From a virus (lineage: Duplodnaviria; Caudoviricetes): a stretch of 64,000 bases of DNA. The notes below the pieces were generated by a model that worked only from the letters and a program-made list of their open reading frames with translations, ran no database searches and was not told where the DNA came from. Positions 39,746 through 49,053 of this stretch are shown one piece after another. Every line of letters starts with the position of its first letter. Position 1 is the first letter of the stretch. A program made the translations under genes and the position numbers. The stretch lies in the IMG/VR virus record IMGVR_UViG_3300011008_002712. One strand, written 5' to 3'.

Positions 39746-40091
39746 TACGAATCCTCCTAGCTTCTTCTTGAGATAATGGTTTTAAATACTTAGATGGAAT
39801 ATTAGTATCAATCATAATATGTACTTCATTGTTTACAGAATTTACCATTGAATTTAAATGTTTATTCCAGATAACATCAGATAAATCTACAGCAAATGTC
39901 ATATAATCTATTTCTAGAGTAAAAGGCACATTAGAAAGATAGATATAAGGTTGCGTTTCCTCACTAAATTCTCTAATGCAATTTATTTTTAATCCCTCTT
40001 CTAAGATTTTATCTTTCGAACCTTTTAATGTAGAATGATACCATATGTAATTGTCAAATAAAATATTTTTAATACCTTTCATATTAACCAC
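39717..40091 (-). CDS. Putative ADP-ribosyltransferase-fold (Tpt1/KptA-like) small protein
   Basis: WYHST....ILEEGL....YIYLS...VD....NIP..YL. Confidence 0.5.
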   Translation of the reverse strand: MVNMKGIKNILFDNYIWYHSTLKGSKDKILEEGLKINCIREFSEETQPYIYLSNVPFTLEIDYMTFAVDLSDVIWNKHLNSMVNSVNNEVHIMIDTNIPSKYLKPLSQEEARRIRNENKRRFCN

Positions 40092-40214
40092 CGATTTTAT
40101 TTTATAAAAAACAAACGTCTTTCAATCATAAAAATAAATAAATTCATACTACGATTGAAAGATGTTTTTATAAATAAAATTGTGGCCTTATTTAAGGCCA
40201 CATTGCAAAAATCG

Positions 40215-40595
40215 CTAAAAGCCCATATATTCGCATTTTGGATCTTCACGAAGAATGCAAATACACATGCGTTTCCAAGAAGGAGTCTTGCTGAGAATCT
40301 TAGAAGCATTTTCATCAGGAGTTGGTTGTGCAAGCTTCACAATAGACTTTCCTGGTTTTTTTGACGGAGAAGTTTGAAGTTTAACACCAGCTTCTTGAAG
40401 AAGAGATATAGTCTGTTCATCAAGAGTTGCGCCTTTTTTCCTCCAAAACACGATAGATTTTTTAAATTTTTTCCTATATATATTTGCCGTTTCTTGTGGA
40501 AGATTGTTTAGAAGAAATAATGTATATTCTTTCCAAGTTTTAAATTCCTCCGGAAGAGCAGTCTTGGCACCGATAGAAGAGCGAATATATTTCAT
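40215..40595 (-). CDS. Stand-alone DUF3440 (IbrA/YbdN C-terminal-like) domain
   Basis: TWKEYT.FLL..LP...FW...G...PSWKRMCICIL..D..C.YMGF. Confidence 0.7.
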   Translation of the reverse strand: MKYIRSSIGAKTALPEEFKTWKEYTLFLLNNLPQETANIYRKKFKKSIVFWRKKGATLDEQTISLLQEAGVKLQTSPSKKPGKSIVKLAQPTPDENASKILSKTPSWKRMCICILREDPKCEYMGF

Positions 40596-40625
40596 AGATA
40601 TTCTCCTTTTCGTTGTCTAATTCTT

Positions 40626-40847
40626 CTACATCTTAATAGTTACAGTAATCGTTCCATGACCAGAGAGAAAAATGTCTTTCTGAATATTAGCAACGTTTTC
40701 CTTTTTAGCAGCAAAAAACGTATCTCTTGTCATAGAACTTACAAGACCAGGAGAAATTTTCGCCATAAGATTTGTTTTCGAAATACGTTCACCATTTAAT
40801 TTATACGTTGTACGCATGTGTATCTTCCTTTCTAATGCTATATTCAC
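40626..40847 (-). CDS. Hypothetical protein
   Basis: Likely start MRTTYK behind AAGGA. Confidence 0.5.
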   Translation of the reverse strand: MNIALERKIHMRTTYKLNGERISKTNLMAKISPGLVSSMTRDTFFAAKKENVANIQKDIFLSGHGTITVTIKM

Positions 40848-40895
40848 TTCTTGATTGTATTATACAACAATATTCAGTGTTTGTAAATAGCTTTT
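40846..40895 (-). promoter_or_regulatory. Promoter cassette variant
   Basis: CTATTTACA-N17-TATAAT. Confidence 0.7.
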
Positions 40896-40946
40896 AGAAA
40901 CTTTTATGCAGAAATACTTGGCAAATTATATTTTATTACATTCGAT

Positions 40947-41237
40947 TTACATCATTATTTCCCATTGTTTTTCTTCTTCCTCTTCTTCGACAATGTTATT
41001 TTTTTTCTTCCATTCTTCATAAGTTGGATAATGAAATGATTCTCGATGAGATGCATATTTTTTATAAACTTCATAACCGTTTTTATTTTTCAATATTTTT
41101 TTCATTGCAGATCCCAATCCATTTTCAAGCATATACTTGGTATAATTTTCACTATCAGTATCGCTTAACATCTCAACATATTCCATACCTACGGTCGCAA
41201 GCATTGATATCTCTCTATTGGTTAGATTGATTTTCAT
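40947..41237 (-). CDS. Hypothetical protein
   Basis: 96-aa ORF. Confidence 0.55.
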   Translation of the reverse strand: MKINLTNREISMLATVGMEYVEMLSDTDSENYTKYMLENGLGSAMKKILKNKNGYEVYKKYASHRESFHYPTYEEWKKKNNIVEEEEEEKQWEIMM

Positions 41238-41320
41238 GATTTCACTCTTTCTATAAATAGGTTTCTATTTGTGTTTGTTTTATTTCATTATATCAAGGCG
41301 TCATGAATCTCCAATATAGT

Positions 41321-41755
41321 TTATTTGATTCTGTTTATGATATTGAAAACAACGTTTTCATCATGACGAACATCTAAGATATGCATCGTAAAAATAGTAC
41401 GTAAAAACATATTAATATTTTTTCGTCCTAATTCACTATAGCAATGTTCATTGCATTCTTTCTCTACTTCAAGACCACTGAGAGTTAAGCGATTGTTTGC
41501 AAATTCAATGATAGTATGAATCCTGTTATTCCCATCAAGTATATTATACGAACCATCTTTATTTTCATGCAAATAAAACGATTGTATTGGTATTCTCATG
41601 AACATAGACTCAATGAATAGCGACTTTTTGTTATTTTTAAAAAACCACTCGTTATCGTGAGCAAAACGCAAAAGATTTTTTCTAGCTAACTCAATAATAT
41701 ATGAACACGTAAATTGTTGTGTATTAATCCTTACATTGTTGATGTCATAGTTCAT
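41321..41755 (-). CDS. Stand-alone DUF262 (ParB/GmrS-like) domain
   Basis: W....KSLFIES....IPI, ILDGNNR, F.IINR. Confidence 0.7.
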   Translation of the reverse strand: MNYDINNVRINTQQFTCSYIIELARKNLLRFAHDNEWFFKNNKKSLFIESMFMRIPIQSFYLHENKDGSYNILDGNNRIHTIIEFANNRLTLSGLEVEKECNEHCYSELGRKNINMFLRTIFTMHILDVRHDENVVFNIINRIK

Positions 41756-41872
41756 GATTTTTCTCCTTTATTCAATATTACCATTTTCTACAAAGATATA
41801 TGTATCTCCATCAGCATTCTTTTTAAGTTTCAAAGCACTAAATCTTTTTGTCATTTCATCACCTTTTTTATT

Positions 41873-41904
41873 ACTATATCATAAAATGATCTTGATGTAA
41901 ATAG
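41873..41904 (-). promoter_or_regulatory. Early-type promoter
   Basis: CTATTTACA-N17-TATAGT; terminator hairpin AAGGGGAGGAATTCCTCCCCTT at ~41943-41964. Confidence 0.6.
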
Positions 41905-41967
41905 TTTTTCAGGATATTCTAAACTTTTTTAAAGAATTACAAAAGGGGAGGAATTCCTCCCCTTCAA

Positions 41968-42696
41968 TCAAATCTTTTTTACCAGCACTCTTATATGAAG
42001 TTTCTGGATGTTATATCCTCCGGCATTGATGGATTCCAATCTTGCCTTTCCATTCTCACCTTCCACAATGCCGTTCAAGACAAGAGAGTTATTTGAGCCT
42101 AATGTTACATACACTCCTTTCCAGTCTGTGATATCTCCGGTGATTTTATGAACCTTGGAGATGGTGTTTATGATGATGTTCTCTGCGGTTTTTTCACTGT
42201 CTCTTTTTATATCATCATCTGATTTGTAGAGAAGTTCTGCGTCTGCATTTGAATACTTGCGGATAAACTCTTTGTAAGAGTATTTTTTTCTCGCTTCCTT
42301 GATTCTTGCCTTGTACTGAATCATGAATTCATAATCTTTCTGGATTATGAATTCTTTCAGTTTTTTCATTTGCTCCGGAAGTTCTTCAATCTGAAGTTCT
42401 CTTACTTGCTCTTTTGCAAGTTGCTCTTTGTACTTCTGGAGCGTAGATTCAAATTTCGCAATTTCCTTTTTTGCAGACTCTATGCTTTCTTTTGCATCGC
42501 TTACTTTGTATGCTTTTTCGCAGTTATCTTCCCAGTTAGAATCTCTCTTCTCGGCTTCAATCTTCCAAAGTTCTTCGTATGTTGGGATGTCCGCAAACTT
42601 CTCGATGATTTTATTTCTTTTCTCAATGAGAGCAAGTTTCTTCTGAATTTTTTCTTCCGTATTGTGAATCCTCTCTTGAATCTGATTTACTTTCAT
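41968..42696 (-). CDS. Conserved phage protein (AGGYNIQ.LH.R C-terminus)
   Basis: Coiled-coil N-half; C-terminal INAGGYNIQKLHIRVLV. Confidence 0.7.
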   Translation of the reverse strand: MKVNQIQERIHNTEEKIQKKLALIEKRNKIIEKFADIPTYEELWKIEAEKRDSNWEDNCEKAYKVSDAKESIESAKKEIAKFESTLQKYKEQLAKEQVRELQIEELPEQMKKLKEFIIQKDYEFMIQYKARIKEARKKYSYKEFIRKYSNADAELLYKSDDDIKRDSEKTAENIIINTISKVHKITGDITDWKGVYVTLGSNNSLVLNGIVEGENGKARLESINAGGYNIQKLHIRVLVKKI

Positions 42697-42712
42697 TGTG
42701 ATTCCTCCTTTA

Positions 42713-42765
42713 CTTACCTCTTGAATATATTATACCATGTTATTCAGAGTTTGTAAATAGTTTTT
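42713..42765 (-). repeat. Long promoter cassette copy
   Basis: CTTACCTCTTGAATATATTATACCATGTTATTCAGAGTTTGTAAATAGTTTTT. Confidence 0.85.
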
Positions 42766-42823
42766 AACAAAAAAAGCCCATATTTCATGGACTTTTTTTT
42801 AAAGTATGAGCTCTAATGCATTA

Positions 42824-43228
42824 TCAGAACATATACTTCTCTATGTTCTTTTCAAAGAAGGGATGTTTTTTGGTTATCAATTTTTCAAATCCAGCCGGAA
42901 AACGGACTTTAAATTCTTCAATCAAATAATGTGCCAGATACAATGCATATCTTTTTGTTTCAAGCGAATCCAGCATGTGAATCCATAACTCAGCAAACTG
43001 CTTGTCATCAACTGTTTTTACAATCTTTTTGCATACATCATGAAAATTCTTATCAACTTTTTCCAACTTCATTTTGCAGACGTGCAAATCGTTTTTTGCG
43101 TCTTCTGAACGTGTTTCATCATCTTTTAACATTTCATATGTTCGTTCTGCAATTTTAACACTCATCAATGCATTTTTAATTTGATGTTCCCAGTTTTTCA
43201 GTGTTGACATGATCCTGCTAATATGCAT
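42824..43228 (-). CDS. Hypothetical protein
   Basis: AGGAGG RBS behind cassette. Confidence 0.65.
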   Translation of the reverse strand: MHISRIMSTLKNWEHQIKNALMSVKIAERTYEMLKDDETRSEDAKNDLHVCKMKLEKVDKNFHDVCKKIVKTVDDKQFAELWIHMLDSLETKRYALYLAHYLIEEFKVRFPAGFEKLITKKHPFFEKNIEKYMF

Positions 43229-43247
43229 TGTAATTCCTCCTTTTGTG

Positions 43248-43294
43248 TACCTCTTGAATATATTATATCATGCTATTCAGAATTTGTAAATAGT
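43248..43294 (-). repeat. Long promoter cassette copy
   Basis: TACCTCTTGAATATATTATATCATGCTATTCAGAATTTGTAAATAGT. Confidence 0.8.
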
Positions 43295-43349
43295 CAAAAC
43301 AAAAAAGTCTGCATTTCAACAGACTTTTTTATCACATATTAACATATCG

Positions 43350-43613
43350 TTACCAGCAATTTGCATACTTCTCAGAAGCTTCTGCTAAAGCTTTATCAAT
43401 GGGAATAGACAATGTAAGAACATTTTTCCCTTTTTGAGTAGAATGGAATACCAGATAACTTGCTTTTTTGTTATCTTTTCGATAAATAGGATGCTGGGTA
43501 AGTTTCAATGTTTTTTGAATGACGGTGTTCAAGCGTTTGTCGCTCCACCTCTCAAAATTGATGACTTTGCCATTACCATCTACCCATGCAGAAACAAATG
43601 TCTGAATTTTCAT
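43350..43613 (-). CDS. Hypothetical protein
   Basis: AGGAG RBS. Confidence 0.6.
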   Translation of the reverse strand: MKIQTFVSAWVDGNGKVINFERWSDKRLNTVIQKTLKLTQHPIYRKDNKKASYLVFHSTQKGKNVLTLSIPIDKALAEASEKYANCW

Positions 43614-43615
43614 AA

Positions 43616-43993
43616 TTACACTCCTTTGCGATTACGGTGTGTTTTTTCTCTCCTCAGATTGTTGTCTATGACATCATCCAACCATCTGCCACCAACAGAA
43701 AACCTTGCCGTGACAATCTTTGAAACATCTTCAATGTCTTCCAATTTAACACACACGATGTTCAAATCATCTGGATATGCATTGTCACCACTAAGTTGAT
43801 ACCATTTATTCATGTCACCTCCTGAGATAACATGGAAACGTTCATTCTTCATCAGTGTATATGTATTGATCCAGTCACGAAGTTGTCCAAGAGAATCACT
43901 TGAGGTGTTGATACCTTCAATCGTGAAAGCAGATCCACTACGAAGCGACTCACATTTCTTTACAGAATCAATTTTCAAAATCTCCATACTCAT
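43616..43993 (-). CDS. Conserved hypothetical phage protein
   Basis: SAFTIEG...MN..Y.L.GDNAYPDDL...GGRWLDDVIDNN.RRE. Confidence 0.65.
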   Translation of the reverse strand: MSMEILKIDSVKKCESLRSGSAFTIEGINTSSDSLGQLRDWINTYTLMKNERFHVISGGDMNKWYQLSGDNAYPDDLNIVCVKLEDIEDVSKIVTARFSVGGRWLDDVIDNNLRREKTHRNRKGV

Positions 43994-43999
43994 CTCTCC

Positions 44000-44476
44000 T
44001 TATAAATTCATATTTTGACGCTTATGTATAGCGTTGAGGATAGTTTTCTCATCATACTCACCGGTTTGGATGAGATGACGAAACGCTCTTTTGATTATAA
44101 CCATCAATGTTTCATCAGTAGGATTAGCATCCAATACTGTAGATAAAGCATCCCACATCTTTTCAATTTCTTGGTCCAATCTGCTATCCAGATATTTTTC
44201 AAACATTTCAGTCTTTTTGTTCCAATCATCCGCAAGTTCTGTCTGGGTATGATACATTCCAGCCAAATCCCATTTCTCTGCTTCTTTTCTGTTGAGTCCA
44301 AAATAAAGATTGCAATTATCACAAAATGCAAAGCAACCATTCTTGTTTGTAAAATCAAAAGCATATCCCAATTTCATTTCATGTTTGCACAGCGGACAAT
44401 GATTCAGCTTTACGCCTTCAATATTTTTAACTTCCATTGTTGACCTCCAATCTGATGCAATTGATACACTTTCCAT
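44000..44476 (-). CDS. Lar-like Zn-ribbon protein
   Basis: LNHCPLC...CDNC...DWN; likely start 44437 behind GGAGGT. Confidence 0.5.
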   Translation of the reverse strand: MESVSIASDWRSTMEVKNIEGVKLNHCPLCKHEMKLGYAFDFTNKNGCFAFCDNCNLYFGLNRKEAEKWDLAGMYHTQTELADDWNKKTEMFEKYLDSRLDQEIEKMWDALSTVLDANPTDETLMVIIKRAFRHLIQTGEYDEKTILNAIHKRQNMNL

Positions 44477-44483
44477 TGATTCT

Positions 44484-44515
44484 ATTATAACACTTTGTTT
44501 ATTGTTTGTAAATAG
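44484..44515 (-). promoter_or_regulatory. Early-type promoter
   Basis: CTATTTACA-N17-TATAAT. Confidence 0.7.
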
Positions 44516-44560
44516 CTTTTTGATAAAAATTCAACAAAGGAGGCTTTCGCCTCCTCGTTA

Positions 44561-45685
44561 TCAAATCTTCGTTCTCTTGCATCTTGTCAAGATTGTCTGC
44601 TTTGTATCATTATATTCGTTATGTTCTTTAATTGTTCCGGAAATAATATACCTTTGACCTTCTTCTAAGCAGGCACTGGAAGTTTTCCAAATCAGCTGAT
44701 GTCCTTCATCATCAACAAAAATGTGTATATATACAGTAGTTTCTTTATATCCAAAGTGACTTTCATAGGATGAAACCTTATTCAATGTCACTTTTCCGGA
44801 AAATTTATCTCCAACCTTTCCTACATACTCGTTGTTCGTGGCTTCTTTTTGAGCCAATTTGATAAGATGCCTTTTATAAGACTGTGGGAGAAAAGTAATC
44901 AAGGCGACTTTGCTTGTACGTACATATCCACTCTCAAGAATCTGCTGGACATTGAATGTGAAAGAGTCTTCATTCGAAAGAGTCATATACCATTCAATAA
45001 TTTTTTTTGCAAGTTCGATGGATTCTTCTTTTGGTTCCGGACTATTCTTCAGCTGCTCTTTTACAAGAGTAAACGTAGCCGGTTCATCTTTCCATTCGGA
45101 ATCTGCCTTGCTGACATATCCATTTTTCTTAATTATCTCATGAGAGATTGCAATCACTTTCTCAACTTCGTTATACATATCGATACTATGAAATTGAGAA
45201 TCATAAGATTCGCGATTATCACCAATCTGCTCCAAAGACTTATAGTAGAAAATTGTGGAAACAATAGAATCTCCAAGAAAATCTTTAATGCATGCAGATC
45301 CTACTTGAATGATGTTTCCATCATCATGTTGAAGAATGTAAACTTCTTTTTTTGCTCTGCGAGTTCCGCAGTGATTGCACATAAAATCATCGTTTCTATA
45401 TTCTTGTGGTACTCCATCGCTTACTGTAATTGCGCCAGTTTCCAAATCTTTGAATTTTCTGCCAAGGACAGTATATCCATTGATGACATTCGAGAAATCT
45501 TGTTTCAAGTCGAAAGAAATATACTTTTCGTATCCTGCACCCTGCTTTTCATATGAAGTTCCAGTGACTTCCACCTCAATAGATGTTTTTCCGCGCTTGT
45601 TGATTTTTTCTACTTTATCAAGGATATTCTGAAAATAATCTTCACGAACAGTAAAGTTAGGAACTTCTACATTTACATTCATCAT
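44561..45685 (-). CDS. Phage Zn-finger + C-terminal OB-fold protein
   Basis: CNHCG..R...QVGSAC.KDF; YVGKVG...WKT...GTIKEH.EY...KQT.LTRC. Confidence 0.65.
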   Translation of the reverse strand: MMNVNVEVPNFTVREDYFQNILDKVEKINKRGKTSIEVEVTGTSYEKQGAGYEKYISFDLKQDFSNVINGYTVLGRKFKDLETGAITVSDGVPQEYRNDDFMCNHCGTRRAKKEVYILQHDDGNIIQVGSACIKDFLGDSIVSTIFYYKSLEQIGDNRESYDSQFHSIDMYNEVEKVIAISHEIIKKNGYVSKADSEWKDEPATFTLVKEQLKNSPEPKEESIELAKKIIEWYMTLSNEDSFTFNVQQILESGYVRTSKVALITFLPQSYKRHLIKLAQKEATNNEYVGKVGDKFSGKVTLNKVSSYESHFGYKETTVYIHIFVDDEGHQLIWKTSSACLEEGQRYIISGTIKEHNEYNDTKQTILTRCKRTKI

Positions 45686-45710
45686 TGTGACCTTCCTTTC
45701 AGCTACTATC

Positions 45711-45765
45711 CTTACCTCTTGAATCTATTATACCACGTTATTCAGTATTTGTAAATAGTTTTTTT
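45711..45765 (-). repeat. Long promoter cassette copy
   Basis: CTTACCTCTTGAATCTATTATACCACGTTATTCAGTATTTGTAAATAGTTTTT. Confidence 0.85.
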
Positions 45766-45819
45766 AATAAAAAAGGAGGATTTTTCATCCTCCAATTTTT
45801 TGTGTTAGGTTTTAATTCG

Positions 45820-46656
45820 TCAAACCCAGCCTTTCATCTCCCCCTTATGATAATCTTCAAAACGAAGCTTTCTAATTACCGATCTGTCTTGAGTTCGAAC
45901 CACAATTCCCTCTGCTCTTGCAAATTTCTGGTTAGAACCAGTTCCATTCCCAATAATTGCATGGGATTCCTTGAAGTTGTCTTCAATCCAAGATTTTGTC
46001 TCAACAGCACCACGTGGCATATCATTGCTGTAGATAGTCATCCAAATAGGTGTTCTATCGATGTCATACTCCTTGCAAAATTCATCGAGTTTTTCAGTGC
46101 TAAACCATGGCTGTATATTATGTTCACGGTCGAATGTAATCTGCTGATTAGAAGCATCAGAGAGATACTTATCAACATCATCAATTGCCATTTGCCACAC
46201 ATCGAACACACGACACTTTCTTTGGTTGTTATTGTCGGCACAGTATATTTTAGAGCCATCTTGAATACGATGTCCATATACTTCGCCATAGATAACGGTA
46301 AACATATCGTCACCATAGTCAATATACGAACGCAGCGCTTGTTTAATTGGATCTACCACTTCAGAATTAATGACACGATCTCCACGAGCATATTCAAATC
46401 TTTCACGTTGACCAATCAGATAATCTCCATTAAAGAACACAAGTCTTCCGTTTGTTCCATCTACTTTTTCCGTGATTTCGAGTGTTTGAGAATCAGGAAA
46501 ACCACCATCAATCAATTCATCTTTCAAACCACCTTTAATCCCAAGGTGATGATACGTCAAAATAGACGGATATTTCGTAAAAGAATTAATCTTATCCCAT
46601 CCATGCCTTGCAATCAAATCGTTCAATGTCATAATTTCTGCGGCTAGGAAACCCAC
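45820..46656 (-). CDS. RNA ligase (Rnl2-like nucleotidyltransferase)
   Basis: Motif I TEKVDGTN, III GEVYG, IIIa FDV, IV EGIVVR, V RKL. Confidence 0.8.
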   Translation of the reverse strand: MGFLAAEIMTLNDLIARHGWDKINSFTKYPSILTYHHLGIKGGLKDELIDGGFPDSQTLEITEKVDGTNGRLVFFNGDYLIGQRERFEYARGDRVINSEVVDPIKQALRSYIDYGDDMFTVIYGEVYGHRIQDGSKIYCADNNNQRKCRVFDVWQMAIDDVDKYLSDASNQQITFDREHNIQPWFSTEKLDEFCKEYDIDRTPIWMTIYSNDMPRGAVETKSWIEDNFKESHAIIGNGTGSNQKFARAEGIVVRTQDRSVIRKLRFEDYHKGEMKGWV

Positions 46657-46731
46657 AGACTTACCGTGAGAGGAATCGCCGCTACACCACCTTTCTTAGT
46701 TCACATAAATAATTCCAACGCATTATCTTTC

Positions 46732-46947
46732 CTACAACCCCAATATTGTACAGACATCATTGGTCGTGAGCACAACATTTCCTTCAATATCGAAATTTGT
46801 ATCAGAAATAAATATCCAATTCAGAACATCTTCATTCGAGGCGTCGCATCCATTCAATACATTATAGCATTTTCTCATGATTTCAAATGCGTTCTTTTTT
46901 GCTTTTTCGCTCAGTTCGTTATAATCATAGACGGTTATTGTTCGCAT
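46732..46947 (-). CDS. Hypothetical protein
   Basis: VYDYNELSEKAKKNA motif common in phage small proteins. Confidence 0.55.
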   Translation of the reverse strand: MRTITVYDYNELSEKAKKNAFEIMRKCYNVLNGCDASNEDVLNWIFISDTNFDIEGNVVLTTNDVCTILGL

Positions 46948-46953
46948 TTATAA

Positions 46954-47535
46954 TCATTCCCATACCACTTTTTTCTTAAGTGTCTTTGGAAAATCGCTGT
47001 AATCTCTTTCCTCGATATCCAAATCGAAAAAGTCGTTAGAAAATCTCTCCCCGCATTTGGGACAGAAAAAAACCAATTTTTTCAGATCGCTTACGTGCCG
47101 GACAAAACCATTCGTGCAGTCTTCGGTCGGGAACCAGTTTTCGCAGTGCGGGCACTGTATAACTGCGTGCCGAATTTCTAACGGTTCGTATTCAACTACA
47201 ATATTGACCTTATCTTTACTCATATTTGTTTCGTCCTTTCTTTTTTGTTGAACGGCACTGTTTGAGTTGTCTTCCTCGACGAGTTGCTTCATATTTTCGA
47301 TAAGTCTGTCAATTTCATGAAGAATAAATTTTGCACTGTAACGATCATATGGATACCATACAATCATTTGCTGATCGTCTTCACAAAAATCACTTATCTC
47401 ATCCGCAGTAGCTTCTTCTTCTACTGCTTTCCTAAGAATCTCTATCGGATTCTGTGGCCAATCATTTTCTTCGACATTGTAAAATAAATAGGAAAATGCA
47501 ATGTCCTCGATTTTCTTTGCGTTTTCTTTGGTCAT
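46954..47535 (-). CDS. Hypothetical protein with C-terminal Zn ribbon
   Basis: CPHC...CPKC. Confidence 0.6.
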   Translation of the reverse strand: MTKENAKKIEDIAFSYLFYNVEENDWPQNPIEILRKAVEEEATADEISDFCEDDQQMIVWYPYDRYSAKFILHEIDRLIENMKQLVEEDNSNSAVQQKRKDETNMSKDKVNIVVEYEPLEIRHAVIQCPHCENWFPTEDCTNGFVRHVSDLKKLVFFCPKCGERFSNDFFDLDIEERDYSDFPKTLKKKVVWE

Positions 47536-47550
47536 TATAATTTTCCCTTC

Positions 47551-47672
47551 TTAATAATTATCATAATCCGGCGACTGGTCTTTGATCCATTCGTCTAGGG
47601 CTTTCGCATCGTAGAATTGAGGAACTGGATAATCTGCTCCTTAGTAGCATTTGGTTCTGCTAATCTAGACAT
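47551..47672 (-). pseudogene. Internally deleted paralog of 47699..48493
   Basis: MSRLAEPNATKEQIIQF joined out of frame to FYDAKALDEWIKD. Confidence 0.75.
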
Positions 47673-47698
47673 GGTTTTTCTCATTCCTTTCATGTTTT

Positions 47699-48493
47699 TC
47701 ATTCGTCAGCCCTTCTACGCTTCAGCTCGTTGAGAAGCTCCGAAAGGTCTTCACACTGTTGTCTACTGAGATACTCTCCATCGGACTCAGGCTTGGACCT
47801 ATCTGTTAAGAGCCAAATATAGTCATCAATGTAATCATCTTTCGGTTTATCCTTGAGCCATTCATCCAGCGCCTTAGCATCGTAGAACAATCCGTGCTTT
47901 TTCTTGAATGGTACCACTGGAGTGGCGCCCTCGATTCTCGCACCGATATCCTTGAGCATATCGTCCAGATTTATCTTGGCTGCGAGGTACTGATGCCAAT
48001 CTTCGAGTCGGTTTTCGTCCAGGAGGTCACCGGGCAACAATTTCTTGAGGTCATCTTTGCGGTGATATTCTTCTTCGCTTCCCAACGCTACCTTGAGATA
48101 GACATTGAAACAGTTACCTACTGTGGGAACGTAGGCGCGAAGTTTCTTCCCGCCACGCTCAAGATACACTGCGAAGTACACGGGATGTTCCCAGTCACCG
48201 CCAGCTTTACATAATGCGATTGTCGTACCATTGACTTCATGCCAGCTGGTGTCATCTTTATCGTACTCATGATCCTTTTGCCAAGGCGCATCGAAGTTCT
48301 CGAAATCGAACCTAATCTTGAAGTCAGATTCGGGTATGATTTCTGGAGTATGATATTCCCACGCCCATTCTTCCCAATCTTCCCTATCTTCTGCATCCAT
48401 CCAGTCCTTGCTCGGCCGGTCCTTGATAAACTGGATAATCTGCTCTTTAGTGGTATTCTGTTCTGCTAATCTAGGCATTACATATTCCTCCAT
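47699..48493 (-). CDS. Hypothetical acidic protein (GC-richer)
   Basis: FDFENF, AGGDWEHPVYF..Y....LRAYVP..GN..N. Confidence 0.7.
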   Translation of the reverse strand: MEEYVMPRLAEQNTTKEQIIQFIKDRPSKDWMDAEDREDWEEWAWEYHTPEIIPESDFKIRFDFENFDAPWQKDHEYDKDDTSWHEVNGTTIALCKAGGDWEHPVYFAVYLERGGKKLRAYVPTVGNCFNVYLKVALGSEEEYHRKDDLKKLLPGDLLDENRLEDWHQYLAAKINLDDMLKDIGARIEGATPVVPFKKKHGLFYDAKALDEWLKDKPKDDYIDDYIWLLTDRSKPESDGEYLSRQQCEDLSELLNELKRRRADE

Positions 48494-48566
48494 TTCTCCA
48501 TTAACGTAGTGTTCGAAGCACTTAAGCTATTCACTCCGGTTTGTTAGTAAGTATTAGTGAGATTCA

Positions 48567-48971
48567 TTACTCCCAATAAAAACATCCATTTTCGCAATTT
48601 CCATCGGTAAAACACCACAATCCTTTATGGCTGCTGTCGTCTTCGTAATGTTTGCTATCTACAAAATGCCACTGAGAATAACGTACTTTACCGTATTCAA
48701 AATGTACTCTTGAACGTAATGCTACATCATAATAAGGTTCTCCTACTTCATTTTCATCTCCTGTCTTGTAGTAAATGTCTACCAAATAGATATATTCCCC
48801 TTTGTTTTGAATAACATCCTCAGCCATCCTCATTGCTTCAAGCAAATTTGCTGCATCAAGTACCTTCCAAATGATTTGTTTGCCTGTTGCATCTAAGCCT
48901 TTTGAATTGGTGTCAATGTACAAAAGAAAATTTGGATAAGCGGCTTTTTGTTTTTTTGTTAGTTTTTTCAT
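48567..48971 (-). CDS. Hypothetical protein
   Basis: AAGGA RBS behind promoter. Confidence 0.6.
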   Translation of the reverse strand: MKKLTKKQKAAYPNFLLYIDTNSKGLDATGKQIIWKVLDAANLLEAMRMAEDVIQNKGEYIYLVDIYYKTGDENEVGEPYYDVALRSRVHFEYGKVRYSQWHFVDSKHYEDDSSHKGLWCFTDGNCENGCFYWE

Positions 48972-48995
48972 GTCGTTTCATCCTTTACTATTTGA

Positions 48996-49038
48996 TCTTG
49001 AATCCATTATAACACAACAATTCAAAGATGTAAATAGC
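48996..49038 (-). promoter_or_regulatory. Promoter cassette variant
   Basis: CTATTTACA-N17-TATAAT. Confidence 0.7.
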
Positions 49039-49053
49039 AAAATTGAAAAAATT

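Noticed and set aside
45802-46647. 281-aa plus-strand ORF (likewise 44849..45556, 60233..60835, 62515..63030 and other short antisense ORFs)
   Set aside because: Antisense shadows of motif-bearing minus-strand genes, with no RBS or recognisable motifs.
47551-48493. Diversity-generating retroelement template/variable repeat pair
   Set aside because: Differences are not adenine-specific and there is no reverse transcriptase in the window.
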